From Escherichia coli (GTDB lineage Bacteria > Pseudomonadota > Gammaproteobacteria > Enterobacterales > Enterobacteriaceae): a DNA stretch of 64,000 bases. A model generated the notes under the pieces. The model searched no databases. It had not been told where the DNA came from and worked only from the letters and a program-made list of their open reading frames with translations. Numbering within the stretch: the first letter of the stretch is position 1; each line of letters begins with the position of its first letter. A program made the position numbers and the translations under genes. Shown here piece after piece: positions 24,153-34,155 of the stretch. Where the stretch lies: NCBI RefSeq assembly GCF_050920415.1, contig NZ_CP169309.1; one strand, written 5' to 3'.

Positions 24153-24270
24153 GAGGATGAGAACCTCCGGGGGCGGGGAGGTTCGACTCGAGCGAAGCGA
24201 GAGAACGTTGCGCCAGCAACGGCCCGCAGGGCGAGCCACGAAGTGGCGAGTAATCCTCTATCACCGACCA
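24153..24270 (+). repeat. tRNA-Pro 3'-end-containing repeat unit 1 (T-arm start, about 63-nt insert, then the last 19 nt of tRNA-Pro)
   Basis: Begins with GGAGGTTCGA (tRNA T-stem) and ends AATCCTCTATCACCGACCA, identical to the proK 3' end; followed by its own terminator at about 24277..24304. Confidence 0.6.
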
Positions 24271-24276
24271 ATTTAG

Positions 24277-24304
24277 AAAAACCAGCCTACGGGCTGGTTT
24301 TTTG
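24277..24304 (+). terminator. rho-independent terminator after repeat unit 1
   Basis: CCAGCC-TACG-GGCTGG hairpin followed by TTTTTT. Confidence 0.6.
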
Positions 24305-24320
24305 CTTTCTGCGGCCTGAA

Positions 24321-24424
24321 GAGGATGAGAACTTCCGGGGGCAGGGAGGTTCGACTCCAGCAAAGCGAGAGAACGTTGTGGCAGCAACGGCCCGCAGTGG
24401 CGAGTAATCCTCTGGCACCGACCA
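24321..24424 (+). repeat. tRNA-Pro 3'-end-containing repeat unit 2 (diverged copy of unit 1 with a 14-nt deletion)
   Basis: About 85 percent identical to unit 1; ends AATCCTCTGGCACCGACCA (two mismatches to the proK 3' end). Confidence 0.6.
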
Positions 24425-24433
24425 AATCTGAAC

Positions 24434-24519
24434 GTAGGCCTGATAAGACGCGTCAGCGCCGCATCAGGCAACGGCACCGCACTTATTGTCGGATGCGGCG
24501 TGAACGCCTTATCTGACCG
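24434..24519. repeat. REP/BIME element (two inverted REP palindromes)
   Basis: GTAGGCCTGATAAGACGCGTCAGCGCCGCATCAGGCA and CGGATGCGGCGTGAACGCCTTATC: canonical REP consensus. Confidence 0.8.
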
Positions 24520-25056
24520 ACACACCACATATTTCCCTGCCAAATTTGCGCCCCACATCTCACTATCCATTAACGGATTTGTGACAGAATCCATTGTCTT
24601 TTTTTATATTTGCTTAAATCTTTTTTTGCGTTACTTATGGCTGGCGCTGGTATTTTCCGCTGTGCGTTTTAGCGTTCATGGTATTAATCGCTCAGATATC
24701 CATCTTTTCCTCAGATTTTTTTCATTAAATGCATAAAACTTAATCACCAAATGTTGCTAAATATTAAGCTGATTGTTCTGGTTATGTTGGCGTAGCACAA
24801 ATTTCTCTGCTGCAAATAGCTGTTTGAAGTTTTTTTAATCTTTGTTTGTGGATTCTCACCGTTGGTGTAAATCCCGGTTGGCTGTATTGACGTTTTCACA
24901 TTCTGTTGACAGATTGTAGGTCACGAGGGGCATTTTATGGAGGATCCGCACTGTTACACTGATGTTAATTAGTACGGCATCCCCACCTCATAACGTTGAC
25001 CCGACCGGGTAAAAAACAAAAAAGGTCAGGCAGCGACAACCCACTGCAAAGGGTTA

Positions 25057-25073
25057 AAACAACAAACATCACA
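25057..25073 (+). promoter_or_regulatory. CA-rich element in the dppA leader (candidate GcvB sRNA pairing site)
   Basis: AACAACAAACATCACAA about 15 nt upstream of the dppA Shine-Dalgarno (GGAG); GcvB targets CA-rich sites in dppA. Confidence 0.45.
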
Positions 25074-25087
25074 ATTGGAGCAGAATA

Positions 25088-26695
25088 ATGCGTATTTCCT
25101 TGAAAAAGTCAGGGATGCTGAAGCTTGGTCTCAGCCTGGTGGCTATGACCGTCGCAGCAAGTGTTCAGGCTAAAACTCTGGTTTATTGCTCAGAAGGATC
25201 TCCTGAAGGGTTTAACCCGCAGCTGTTTACCTCCGGCACCACCTATGACGCCTCTTCCGTACCGCTTTATAACCGCCTGGTTGAATTTAAAATCGGCACC
25301 ACTGAAGTGATTCCGGGCCTCGCTGAAAAGTGGGAAGTCAGCGAAGACGGTAAAACCTATACCTTCCATCTGCGTAAAGGTGTGAAGTGGCATAACAACA
25401 AAGAATTCAAACCGACGCGCGAACTGAATGCCGATGACGTGGTGTTCTCGTTCGATCGTCAGAAAAACGCACAAAACCCGTACCATAAAGTTTCTGGCGG
25501 TAGCTACGAATACTTCGAAGGTATGGGCTTGCCGGAGCTGATCAGCGAAGTGAAAAAGGTGGACGACAACACCGTTCAGTTCGTGCTGACTCGCCCGGAA
25601 GCGCCGTTCCTTGCTGACCTGGCAATGGACTTCGCCTCTATTCTGTCAAAAGAATATGCTGACGCGATGATGAAAGCCGGTACGCCGGAAAAACTGGACC
25701 TTAACCCAATCGGCACCGGCCCGTTCCAGTTACAGCAGTATCAAAAAGATTCCCGTATCCGCTACAAAGCGTTTGATGGCTACTGGGGCACCAAACCACA
25801 GATCGATACGCTGGTCTTCTCTATTACCCCTGACGCTTCCGTGCGTTACGCTAAATTGCAGAAAAATGAATGCCAGGTGATGCCGTACCCGAACCCGGCA
25901 GACATCGCCCGCATGAAGCAGGATAAATCCATCAACCTGATGGAAATGCCGGGGCTGAACGTCGGCTATCTCTCGTATAACGTGCAGAAAAAACCACTGG
26001 ATGACGTGAAAGTTCGCCAGGCACTGACCTATGCGGTGAACAAAGACGCGATTATCAAAGCAGTGTATCAGGGCGCGGGCGTATCAGCGAAAAACCTGAT
26101 CCCGCCAACCATGTGGGGCTATAACGATGATGTTCAGGACTACACCTACGATCCTGAAAAAGCGAAAGCCTTGCTGAAAGAAGCGGGTCTGGAAAAAGGC
26201 TTCTCTATCGACCTGTGGGCAATGCCGGTACAACGTCCGTATAACCCGAACGCTCGTCGCATGGCAGAGATGATTCAGGCAGACTGGGCGAAAGTCGGCG
26301 TACAAGCGAAAATCGTTACCTACGAATGGGGTGAGTACCTCAAGCGTGCAAAAGATGGCGAGCACCAGACGGTAATGATGGGCTGGACTGGCGACAACGG
26401 GGATCCGGATAACTTCTTCGCTACCCTGTTCAGCTGCGCTGCCTCTGAACAAGGCTCCAACTACTCAAAATGGTGCTACAAACCGTTTGAAGATCTGATT
26501 CAACCGGCGCGTGCTACCGACGACCACAACAAGCGTGTTGAACTGTACAAACAAGCACAGGTCGTGATGCACGATCAGGCTCCGGCACTGATCATCGCTC
26601 ACTCCACCGTGTTTGAACCGGTACGCAAAGAAGTTAAAGGCTATGTGGTTGATCCATTAGGCAAACATCACTTCGAAAACGTCTCTATCGAATAA
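25088..26695 (+). CDS. dppA: dipeptide ABC transporter periplasmic binding protein DppA
   Basis: 535-aa ORF starting MRISLKKSGMLKLGLSLVAMTVAASVQAKTLVYCSEG; recognised as DppA. Confidence 0.97.
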   Translation: MRISLKKSGMLKLGLSLVAMTVAASVQAKTLVYCSEGSPEGFNPQLFTSGTTYDASSVPLYNRLVEFKIGTTEVIPGLAEKWEVSEDGKTYTFHLRKGVKWHNNKEFKPTRELNADDVVFSFDRQKNAQNPYHKVSGGSYEYFEGMGLPELISEVKKVDDNTVQFVLTRPEAPFLADLAMDFASILSKEYADAMMKAGTPEKLDLNPIGTGPFQLQQYQKDSRIRYKAFDGYWGTKPQIDTLVFSITPDASVRYAKLQKNECQVMPYPNPADIARMKQDKSINLMEMPGLNVGYLSYNVQKKPLDDVKVRQALTYAVNKDAIIKAVYQGAGVSAKNLIPPTMWGYNDDVQDYTYDPEKAKALLKEAGLEKGFSIDLWAMPVQRPYNPNARRMAEMIQADWAKVGVQAKIVTYEWGEYLKRAKDGEHQTVMMGWTGDNGDPDNFFATLFSCAASEQGSNYSKWCYKPFEDLIQPARATDDHNKRVELYKQAQVVMHDQAPALIIAHSTVFEPVRKEVKGYVVDPLGKHHFENVSIE

Positions 26696-26732
26696 TTAAA
26701 AGCCATACAAGGTTGATGGCAAACGCAAAACT

Positions 26733-26831
<99 letters not shown>

Positions 26832-27002
26832 TGACCAAAGCGTACTTTGTCAACAATCTGCATACCCGGTGGTGCTGTGCCTTTAAGTGCAGCGCCATCC
26901 GGCAGCAATACTTAATTCCTTGTCCTATAAGGGCGGGAATTGATTTGTGAGCAATACAGACTCGCAGTTCCAGGCTGCGGGTCACTACAGAGAATCCGGG
27001 TT

Positions 27003-28022
27003 ATGTTGCAGTTTATTCTCCGACGTTTGGGACTCGTCATCCCCACGTTTATCGGTATTACCCTTCTCACATTTGCCTTTGTCCACATGATCCCGGGCGA
27101 TCCGGTGATGATCATGGCGGGCGAACGTGGGATCTCTCCAGAGCGTCACGCGCAATTGCTGGCAGAACTCGGCTTGGATAAACCGATGTGGCAGCAGTAT
27201 CTCCATTACATTTGGGGCGTAATGCACGGTGATTTAGGCATTTCGATGAAAAGCCGAATTCCGGTATGGGAAGAGTTCGTGCCGCGCTTCCAGGCCACGC
27301 TGGAACTTGGCGTCTGCGCGATGATTTTTGCGACCGCGGTCGGTATTCCGGTTGGTGTGCTGGCTGCGGTTAAACGCGGTTCTATTTTCGATCACACGGC
27401 GGTTGGTCTGGCGCTGACCGGCTACTCCATGCCGATCTTCTGGTGGGGCATGATGTTGATCATGCTGGTTTCAGTGCACTGGAACCTGACGCCCGTCTCT
27501 GGTCGCGTGAGCGACATGGTGTTCCTCGATGACTCCAATCCGTTAACCGGTTTTATGCTGATCGACACCGCCATCTGGGGTGAAGACGGCAACTTTATTG
27601 ATGCTGTCGCCCATATGATTTTGCCCGCCATTGTGCTGGGTACTATCCCGCTGGCGGTCATTGTACGTATGACGCGCTCCTCGATGCTGGAAGTGCTGGG
27701 CGAGGATTACATCCGCACCGCGCGTGCCAAAGGGCTGACCCGCCTTAGGGTGATTATCGTCCATGCGCTGCGTAATGCCATGCTGCCGGTGGTGACCGTT
27801 ATCGGCCTGCAGGTGGGAACATTGCTGGCAGGCGCGATTCTGACCGAAACCATCTTCTCGTGGCCCGGTTTGGGGCGCTGGTTGATTGACGCGCTGCAAC
27901 GCCGCGATTATCCGGTAGTGCAGGGAGGCGTATTACTGGTGGCGACGATGATTATCCTCGTCAACCTGCTGGTCGATCTGCTGTACGGCGTGGTGAACCC
28001 GCGTATTCGTCATAAGAAGTAA
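27003..28022 (+). CDS. dppB: dipeptide ABC transporter permease DppB
   Basis: ORF 26940..28022; start chosen at MLQFILRRLGLVIPTFIGITLLTF (339 aa). Confidence 0.92.
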   Translation: MLQFILRRLGLVIPTFIGITLLTFAFVHMIPGDPVMIMAGERGISPERHAQLLAELGLDKPMWQQYLHYIWGVMHGDLGISMKSRIPVWEEFVPRFQATLELGVCAMIFATAVGIPVGVLAAVKRGSIFDHTAVGLALTGYSMPIFWWGMMLIMLVSVHWNLTPVSGRVSDMVFLDDSNPLTGFMLIDTAIWGEDGNFIDAVAHMILPAIVLGTIPLAVIVRMTRSSMLEVLGEDYIRTARAKGLTRLRVIIVHALRNAMLPVVTVIGLQVGTLLAGAILTETIFSWPGLGRWLIDALQRRDYPVVQGGVLLVATMIILVNLLVDLLYGVVNPRIRHKK

Positions 28023-28031
28023 GGGGACATC

Positions 28032-28934
28032 ATGTCACAGGTTACTGAAAATAAAGTGATTAGCGCACCGGTGCCGATGACCCCGTTACAGGAGTTCTGG
28101 CACTATTTTAAACGCAATAAAGGCGCGGTCATCGGGCTGGTTTACGTCGTCATCGTGCTGTTTATCGCGATCTTTGCCAACTGGATTGCACCCTATAACC
28201 CAGCGGAACAGTTCCGCGATGCACTGCTCGCCCCGCCAGCCTGGCAAGAAGGCGGCAGTATGGCGCACTTGCTGGGCACCGATGACGTAGGTCGTGATGT
28301 GCTGTCGCGGCTGATGTACGGCGCGCGCTTGTCGCTGCTGGTTGGCTGTCTGGTAGTGGTGTTATCGCTGATTATGGGCGTTATTCTCGGCCTGATCGCT
28401 GGTTACTTTGGCGGCCTGGTCGATAACATCATCATGCGCGTGGTCGATATCATGCTGGCGCTGCCAAGTCTACTGCTGGCGCTGGTGCTGGTGGCGATTT
28501 TCGGCCCGTCGATTGGTAACGCCGCGCTGGCGCTAACCTTCGTTGCGCTGCCGCACTATGTGCGCTTAACCCGCGCCGCCGTGCTGGTGGAGGTGAATCG
28601 CGATTACGTCACCGCGTCTCGCGTGGCAGGTGCTGGGGCGATGCGTCAGATGTTTATTAACATCTTCCCGAACTGCCTTGCGCCGCTGATTGTTCAGGCG
28701 TCGCTCGGTTTCTCTAACGCCATTCTCGATATGGCTGCTCTTGGTTTCCTTGGCATGGGAGCGCAGCCGCCAACACCGGAGTGGGGCACCATGCTCTCCG
28801 ATGTGTTGCAGTTCGCGCAAAGCGCCTGGTGGGTCGTAACCTTCCCCGGTCTGGCGATCCTGCTGACGGTGCTGGCATTTAACCTGATGGGTGACGGTCT
28901 GCGTGACGCGCTCGATCCCAAACTGAAGCAGTAA
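28032..28934 (+). CDS. dppC: dipeptide ABC transporter permease DppC
   Basis: 300-aa ORF, ABC permease. Confidence 0.95.
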   Translation: MSQVTENKVISAPVPMTPLQEFWHYFKRNKGAVIGLVYVVIVLFIAIFANWIAPYNPAEQFRDALLAPPAWQEGGSMAHLLGTDDVGRDVLSRLMYGARLSLLVGCLVVVLSLIMGVILGLIAGYFGGLVDNIIMRVVDIMLALPSLLLALVLVAIFGPSIGNAALALTFVALPHYVRLTRAAVLVEVNRDYVTASRVAGAGAMRQMFINIFPNCLAPLIVQASLGFSNAILDMAALGFLGMGAQPPTPEWGTMLSDVLQFAQSAWWVVTFPGLAILLTVLAFNLMGDGLRDALDPKLKQ

Positions 28935-28944
28935 GAGGTTCGAG

Positions 28945-29928
28945 ATGGCGTTATTAAATGTAGATAAATTATCGGTGCATTTCGGCGACGAAAGCGCACC
29001 GTTCCGCGCCGTAGACCGTATCAGCTACAGCGTGAAACAAGGCGAAGTGGTCGGAATTGTGGGTGAGTCTGGCTCCGGTAAGTCGGTCAGTTCACTGGCG
29101 ATTATGGGGCTGATTGATTATCCGGGCCGCGTGATGGCAGAAAAGCTGGAGTTTAACGGCCAGGATTTGCAGCGTATCTCGGAAAAAGAGCGCCGCAACC
29201 TGGTGGGTGCCGAAGTGGCGATGATCTTTCAGGACCCGATGACCAGCCTCAACCCGTGTTACACCGTAGGTTTCCAGATTATGGAAGCAATTAAGGTGCA
29301 TCAGGGCGGTAATAAGAGCACTCGCCGTCAGCGGGCGATTGATCTGCTGAATCAGGTCGGTATTCCCGATCCGGCATCGCGTCTGGATGTTTACCCACAT
29401 CAGCTTTCTGGCGGCATGAGCCAGCGTGTGATGATCGCCATGGCGATTGCCTGTCGGCCAAAACTGCTGATTGCTGATGAGCCGACCACCGCGCTGGACG
29501 TGACCATTCAGGCACAAATCATCGAACTGCTGCTGGAGCTGCAGCAGAAAGAGAACATGGCGCTGGTATTGATTACCCATGACCTGGCGCTGGTGGCGGA
29601 AGCGGCGCATAAAATCATCGTCATGTATGCCGGTCAGGTGGTGGAAACGGGCGATGCGCACTCTATCTTTCATGCGCCGCGTCATCCGTATACTCAGGCA
29701 TTGCTGCGTGCGCTGCCGGAATTTGCTCAGGACAAAGAACGTCTGGCGTCGTTGCCTGGCGTCGTTCCTGGCAAATACGACCGTCCGAATGGCTGCCTGC
29801 TTAACCCGCGTTGCCCCTATGCCACTGACAGATGCCGCGCTGAAGAACCGGCGCTGAATATGCTCGCTGACGGGCGTCAGTCCAAATGCCATTACCCACT
29901 TGATGATGCCGGGAGGCCGACACTATGA
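28945..29928 (+). CDS. dppD: dipeptide ABC transporter ATP-binding protein DppD
   Basis: 327-aa ORF; Walker A GESGSGKS and LSGGMSQR signature. Confidence 0.95.
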   Translation: MALLNVDKLSVHFGDESAPFRAVDRISYSVKQGEVVGIVGESGSGKSVSSLAIMGLIDYPGRVMAEKLEFNGQDLQRISEKERRNLVGAEVAMIFQDPMTSLNPCYTVGFQIMEAIKVHQGGNKSTRRQRAIDLLNQVGIPDPASRLDVYPHQLSGGMSQRVMIAMAIACRPKLLIADEPTTALDVTIQAQIIELLLELQQKENMALVLITHDLALVAEAAHKIIVMYAGQVVETGDAHSIFHAPRHPYTQALLRALPEFAQDKERLASLPGVVPGKYDRPNGCLLNPRCPYATDRCRAEEPALNMLADGRQSKCHYPLDDAGRPTL

Positions 29929-30929
29929 GTACGCATGAGGCCACCTCGCAACAACCGCTGTTGCAGGCTATCGACCTGAAAAAACATTATCCGGTGAAGA
30001 AAGGCATGTTCGCGCCGGAACGTCTGGTTAAAGCGCTGGACGGCGTTTCGTTCAACCTTGAACGTGGCAAAACGCTGGCGGTAGTAGGTGAATCTGGCTG
30101 CGGTAAATCGACCCTCGGTCGGCTGCTGACGATGATCGAAACACCTACCGGCGGCGAACTGTATTACCAGGGGCAGGATCTGCTCAAGCACGATCCGCAG
30201 GCGCAGAAGTTGCGTCGACAGAAAATCCAGATCGTCTTCCAGAATCCCTATGGCTCGCTGAATCCGCGTAAAAAAGTCGGGCAAATTCTCGAAGAGCCGC
30301 TGCTGATCAACACCGGTTTAAGCAAAGAACAGCGTCGGGAAAAAGCGTTGTCGATGATGGCGAAAGTCGGCCTGAAAACCGAGCATTACGATCGCTATCC
30401 GCACATGTTCTCCGGCGGTCAGCGTCAGCGTATCGCCATCGCCCGTGGTCTGATGCTCGACCCGGATGTGGTGATTGCCGATGAACCGGTTTCCGCGCTG
30501 GACGTTTCAGTGCGTGCGCAGGTGCTGAATCTGATGATGGATTTGCAGCAGGAGTTGGGGCTGTCTTATGTCTTTATCTCGCACGACCTGTCGGTGGTGG
30601 AGCACATTGCTGATGAAGTGATGGTGATGTACCTGGGCCGCTGCGTGGAGAAGGGAACGAAGGAGCAAATCTTCAATAACCCGCGTCATCCGTACACCCA
30701 GGCGCTACTCTCCGCGACGCCGCGCCTGAACCCGGACGATCGCCGCGAGCGCATCAAGCTCACCGGTGAACTGCCAAGCCCGCTCAATCCACCGCCGGGC
30801 TGCGCGTTTAACGCCCGCTGTCGTCGGCGCTTCGGCCCCTGCACCCAGTTGCAGCCGCAGCTAAAAGACTACGGCGGTCAACTGGTAGCTTGTTTTGCTG
30901 TTGATCAGGATGAAAATCCGCAGCGGTAA
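29925..30929 (+). CDS. dppF: dipeptide ABC transporter ATP-binding protein DppF
   Basis: 334-aa ORF; Walker [10 protein letters not shown] and FSGGQRQR signature; 4-bp overlap with dppD. Confidence 0.95.
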   Translation: MSTHEATSQQPLLQAIDLKKHYPVKKGMFAPERLVKALDGVSFNLERGKTLAVVGESGCGKSTLGRLLTMIETPTGGELYYQGQDLLKHDPQAQKLRRQKIQIVFQNPYGSLNPRKKVGQILEEPLLINTGLSKEQRREKALSMMAKVGLKTEHYDRYPHMFSGGQRQRIAIARGLMLDPDVVIADEPVSALDVSVRAQVLNLMMDLQQELGLSYVFISHDLSVVEHIADEVMVMYLGRCVEKGTKEQIFNNPRHPYTQALLSATPRLNPDDRRERIKLTGELPSPLNPPPGCAFNARCRRRFGPCTQLQPQLKDYGGQLVACFAVDQDENPQR

Positions 30930-30958
30930 CTCACAAAACCGGGGCCATGCGCTCCGGT

Positions 30959-32230
30959 TTACTCAATCAGCTTCAACAGTGGCGACAAGCATAACAAAAT
31001 GCCGTACAGCAGAATCATCCAGGCTTTAAACCCGCGAAGTTTTTCCAGTTGTGAGACTTTATAGATCAGGAAAAATGGAATGAGGCACGACACAATGCCA
31101 TATAACGGGCTTCCCAACTGAAAGAACACCAGCACCGATACACGAAACGAAACCCAAATCGTCAACGTAATGACGATAAAAGCGCAGATCGCCAGAGTCA
31201 GCATGCGTGAGTTAATTTTCTGGGTATCAATAATTCGGCTTAACAGATTGAGAATAATGCCTTTAATGGCCTCGTGGAAACCGAGATAAATGCCAAAGAA
31301 TGCGGTCAGTACGGCAAAGATATTCAGCACCGTAGAGGTGATATGAATGATATGCCCAGGGATCACCTGCGCGGCCAGTGCCAGTGCCGAGATATTTTGT
31401 TCAAAGGCAGAAACGGCTTCTTCGTGGCTAATTGAGAAGGTAAACGAAAAGGCAAAAAACAGGATCACCGCGATGAGCGTGACATAACTAATTCGGTGGG
31501 TACGCAGCGCGAGCCGGGTTGCCAGTACTTTATCCGCTTCCCGTTTACGATAGGCAATATTCATTGGGTTAAGTACCTGAATAAATACCGCAGAAAAGAA
31601 GCAAAAGGGAATGGTAAGCAGGACATCGCGGAAAAAGACGGAGGCTTGCGGGAAGGCGGTTATATTGGCGAAATTCCAGTGCGGGATCATCGCAAAACCG
31701 AACACGACGATAATCCCTACTTTGACCACCACCATTGGCCCGGAAATCTTAAACAGTAATCGTTCACCACCAGACGCAATTGCCACCAGTACGGCGAAAA
31801 TGGCGACTTTATAAAGTAGAGATTGTGAAAGATCGGCATCGGTTAAACCGAAGGTTTTCAGGTACGAGGCGCTGTCGAAAACCACGGAGAGAGAGTAGAT
31901 AAAAATCCCGTGGATAATCATCAAAAAGTAGATAACCCCGAGGAAAATTCCCCAGTTCTTCCCCAGGTAATGACTGATAATATCGGTGTAGTCATTACAG
32001 GAATCGCTTTCAGAAAGGGTTTTTAAATAAATGTCCTGCACTACCCAGGTGGCAGGATAAGCAATGATCGCTGCGGTAATAAATACCCAAATTCCCTTCA
32101 AGCCAATTTGTACTGGCATCAGCACGGTTCCGGCACCAATCGCCATGCCTATGCATAATAAAACCCAGCCGAAGTCGTAGCGTGTAAACGGCATTTTCTG
32201 ATCGTGTTTCGGTAGTGTGTTGTGCTGCAT
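30959..32230 (-). CDS. yhjV: putative amino-acid transporter YhjV (HAAAP/serine-transporter-like)
   Basis: ORF 30959..32293; start chosen at [15 protein letters not shown] (423 aa); polytopic membrane protein. Confidence 0.8.
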   Translation of the reverse strand: MQHNTLPKHDQKMPFTRYDFGWVLLCIGMAIGAGTVLMPVQIGLKGIWVFITAAIIAYPATWVVQDIYLKTLSESDSCNDYTDIISHYLGKNWGIFLGVIYFLMIIHGIFIYSLSVVFDSASYLKTFGLTDADLSQSLLYKVAIFAVLVAIASGGERLLFKISGPMVVVKVGIIVVFGFAMIPHWNFANITAFPQASVFFRDVLLTIPFCFFSAVFIQVLNPMNIAYRKREADKVLATRLALRTHRISYVTLIAVILFFAFSFTFSISHEEAVSAFEQNISALALAAQVIPGHIIHITSTVLNIFAVLTAFFGIYLGFHEAIKGIILNLLSRIIDTQKINSRMLTLAICAFIVITLTIWVSFRVSVLVFFQLGSPLYGIVSCLIPFFLIYKVSQLEKLRGFKAWMILLYGILLCLSPLLKLIE

Positions 32231-32363
32231 AAAGTCCTGTCCAGAAAGAAGTCGGCCTCGCAAAAATGAATAAACCCAGTTTCTCTTGCGCAACAGGTGG
32301 AGAAGTCGAATACGCAGTATGTAAAAAATGAGGCAATAGATTCACTGGGGAGGTCGCGAGGAG

Positions 32364-32385
32364 GCGCAATTCTACAAAATTGCGC
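32364..32385. promoter_or_regulatory. perfect inverted repeat GCGCAATT-N6-AATTGCGC upstream of yhjV
   Basis: 8-bp perfect palindromic arms separated by 6 bp, about 135 bp upstream of the yhjV start; no regulator assigned. Confidence 0.3.
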
Positions 32386-32585
32386 ATTTCACTACCAGTC
32401 TGGAGTCAGCCCGGATATGAACTGCAACTATTGCAAATAAAGAAATTAAGCTGGAAGGCATCACGCAATGAGGAAGATTGCCGGGTGCTGACGGTAAAAA
32501 GCAATCGTAAAATCAGCGGCAAGCCGGAAAGGTTCCGGTGAGGCGCAATGTTGCGGGGGCTTAATCCCTGGTGGCATTGGTTGCT

Positions 32586-32654
32586 GGAGAGAGAAAACCC
32601 CCGCACGTTGCAGATATTCACCTGACAACATCACGGGGGCTAATCTTGAACCTA
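32586..32654 (-). ncRNA. rdlD: Rdl antisense RNA, copy 1 (approximate ends)
   Basis: Minus-strand reading gives a GC-stem hairpin (CCCCCG...CGGGGG) followed by UUUUCUCUC; -10-like TATTCT upstream on minus strand; ends inferred from the Rdl family. Confidence 0.45.
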
Positions 32655-32705
32655 GACCACTCAAGAATAGCCGCGAAACGTTGTCATTACAACACAGGCG
32701 GCTAT

Positions 32706-32813
32706 ATGACGCTCGCAGAACTGGGCATGGCCTTCTGGCATGATTTAGCGGCTCCGGTCATTGCTGGCATTCTTGCCAGTCTGATCGTGAACTGGCTGAA
32801 CAAGCGGAAGTAA
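32706..32813 (+). CDS. ldrD: Ldr type I toxin peptide, copy 1 (35 aa)
   Basis: MTLAELGMAFWHDLAAPVIAGILASLIVNWLNKRK; Ldr family small hydrophobic toxin. Confidence 0.85.
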   Translation: MTLAELGMAFWHDLAAPVIAGILASLIVNWLNKRK

Positions 32814-33071
32814 CGTGTCAGACGGGCGTCAGGCTGCCGTAATGGCAATTTGCGCCCGGACCAGGCCGCAGGGATAAAACTCTGCGGCCTTTTTCGTAAG
32901 AAAAATGCAACGGTTGCAAGCGGATAATATTCTGCGGAATGCGCAGCACAGAGTGAAGAAGTGATGGATTCTGGAACAGAAAAACAGTCGTAGAATCAGC
33001 GGCAAGCCGGAAGGGTTCCGGTGAGGCGCAATGTTGCGGGGGCTTTATCCCTGGTGGCATTGGTTGCTGGA

Positions 33072-33140
33072 GAGAGAAAACCCCCGCACGTTGCAGGTAT
33101 GCACCTGACAACATCACGGGGGCCATTCTTGCATCCAAAC
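33072..33140 (-). ncRNA. rdlD: Rdl antisense RNA, copy 2 (approximate ends)
   Basis: Same structure as copy 1; minus-strand promoter-like TTGTAA, 17-bp spacer, TATTCT. Confidence 0.45.
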
Positions 33141-33188
33141 AATACAAGAATAGCCGCGAAACGTTGTCATTACAACAGAGGCGGCTAT

Positions 33189-33296
33189 ATGACGCTCGCA
33201 GAACTGGGCATGGCCTTCTGGCATGATTTAGCGGCTCCGGTCATTGCTGGCATTCTTGCCAGTCTGATCGTGAACTGGCTGAACAAGCGGAAGTAA
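33189..33296 (+). CDS. ldrD: Ldr type I toxin peptide, copy 2 (35 aa)
   Basis: MTLAELGMAFWHDLAAPVIAGILASLIVNWLNKRK. Confidence 0.85.
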   Translation: MTLAELGMAFWHDLAAPVIAGILASLIVNWLNKRK

Positions 33297-33555
33297 CGTG
33301 TCAGACGGGCGTCAGGCTGCCGTAATGGCAATTTGCGCCCGGACCAGGCCGCAGGGATAAAACTCTGCGGCCTTTTTCGTAAGAAAAATGCAACGGTTGC
33401 AAGCGGATAATATTCTGCGGAATGCGCAGCACAGAGTGAAGAAGTGATGGATTTCGACGAACAAAAATGGCCGTAGAATCAGCGGCAAGCCGGAAGGGTT
33501 CCGGTGAGGCGCAATGTTGCGGGGGGCTTTATCCCTGGTGGCATTGGTTGCTGGA

Positions 33556-33624
33556 GAGAGAAAACCCCCGCACGTTGCAGGTATGCACCTGACAACACCA
33601 CGGGGGCCATTCTTGCATCTAGAC
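33556..33624 (-). ncRNA. rdlD: Rdl antisense RNA, copy 3 (approximate ends)
   Basis: Same structure as copies 1-2. Confidence 0.45.
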
Positions 33625-33672
33625 CATTCAAGAATAGCCGCGAAACGTTGTCATTACAACAGAGGCGGCTAT

Positions 33673-33780
33673 ATGACGCTCGCAGAGCTGGGCATGGCCT
33701 TCTGGCATGATTTAGCGGCTCCGGTCATTGCTGGCATTCTTGCCAGCATGATCGTGAACTGGCTGAACAAGCGGAAGTAA
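33673..33780 (+). CDS. ldrD: Ldr type I toxin peptide, copy 3 (35 aa)
   Basis: MTLAELGMAFWHDLAAPVIAGILASMIVNWLNKRK (L26M relative to copies 1-2). Confidence 0.85.
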   Translation: MTLAELGMAFWHDLAAPVIAGILASMIVNWLNKRK

Positions 33781-34038
33781 CGTGTCAGACGGGCGTCAGG
33801 CTGCCGTAATGGCAATTTGCGCCCGGATCAGGCCGCAGGGATAAAACTCTGCGGCCTTTTTCGTAAGAAAAATGCAACGGTTGCAAGCGGATAATATTCT
33901 GCGGAATGCGCAGCACAGAGTGAAGAAGTGACGGATTCCGGAACAGAAAAACAGTCGTAGAATTAGCGGCAAGCCGGAAGGGTTCCGGTGAGGCGCAATG
34001 TTGCGGGGGCTTTATCCCTGGTGGCATTGGTTGCTGGA

Positions 34039-34107
34039 GAGAGAAAACCCCCGCACGTTGCAGGTATGCACCTGACAACATCACGGGGGCTAATCTTGAA
34101 CCCAAAC
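34039..34107 (-). ncRNA. rdlD: Rdl antisense RNA, copy 4 (approximate ends)
   Basis: Same structure as copies 1-3. Confidence 0.45.
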
Positions 34108-34155
34108 AACTCAAGAATAGCCGCGAAACGTTGTCATTACAACAGAGGCGGCTAT

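Noticed and set aside
29092-29892. 266-aa minus-strand ORF inside dppD
   Set aside because: Antisense shadow ORF fully contained within dppD.
30934-30959. Possible terminator hairpin between convergent dppF and yhjV
   Set aside because: Only a 6-bp AACCGG/CCGGTT stem with an 11-nt loop and no clear T-run; it overlaps the yhjV stop codon. Too weak to call.
32818-33147. 109-aa minus-strand ORFs repeated within the LDR units (also 33785..34114)
   Set aside because: They run across the ldr terminator, ldr promoter and Rdl RNA region; the repeat structure is better explained by ldr plus rdl, and the translation is Pro/Gln-rich without features. Treated as a repeat artefact.
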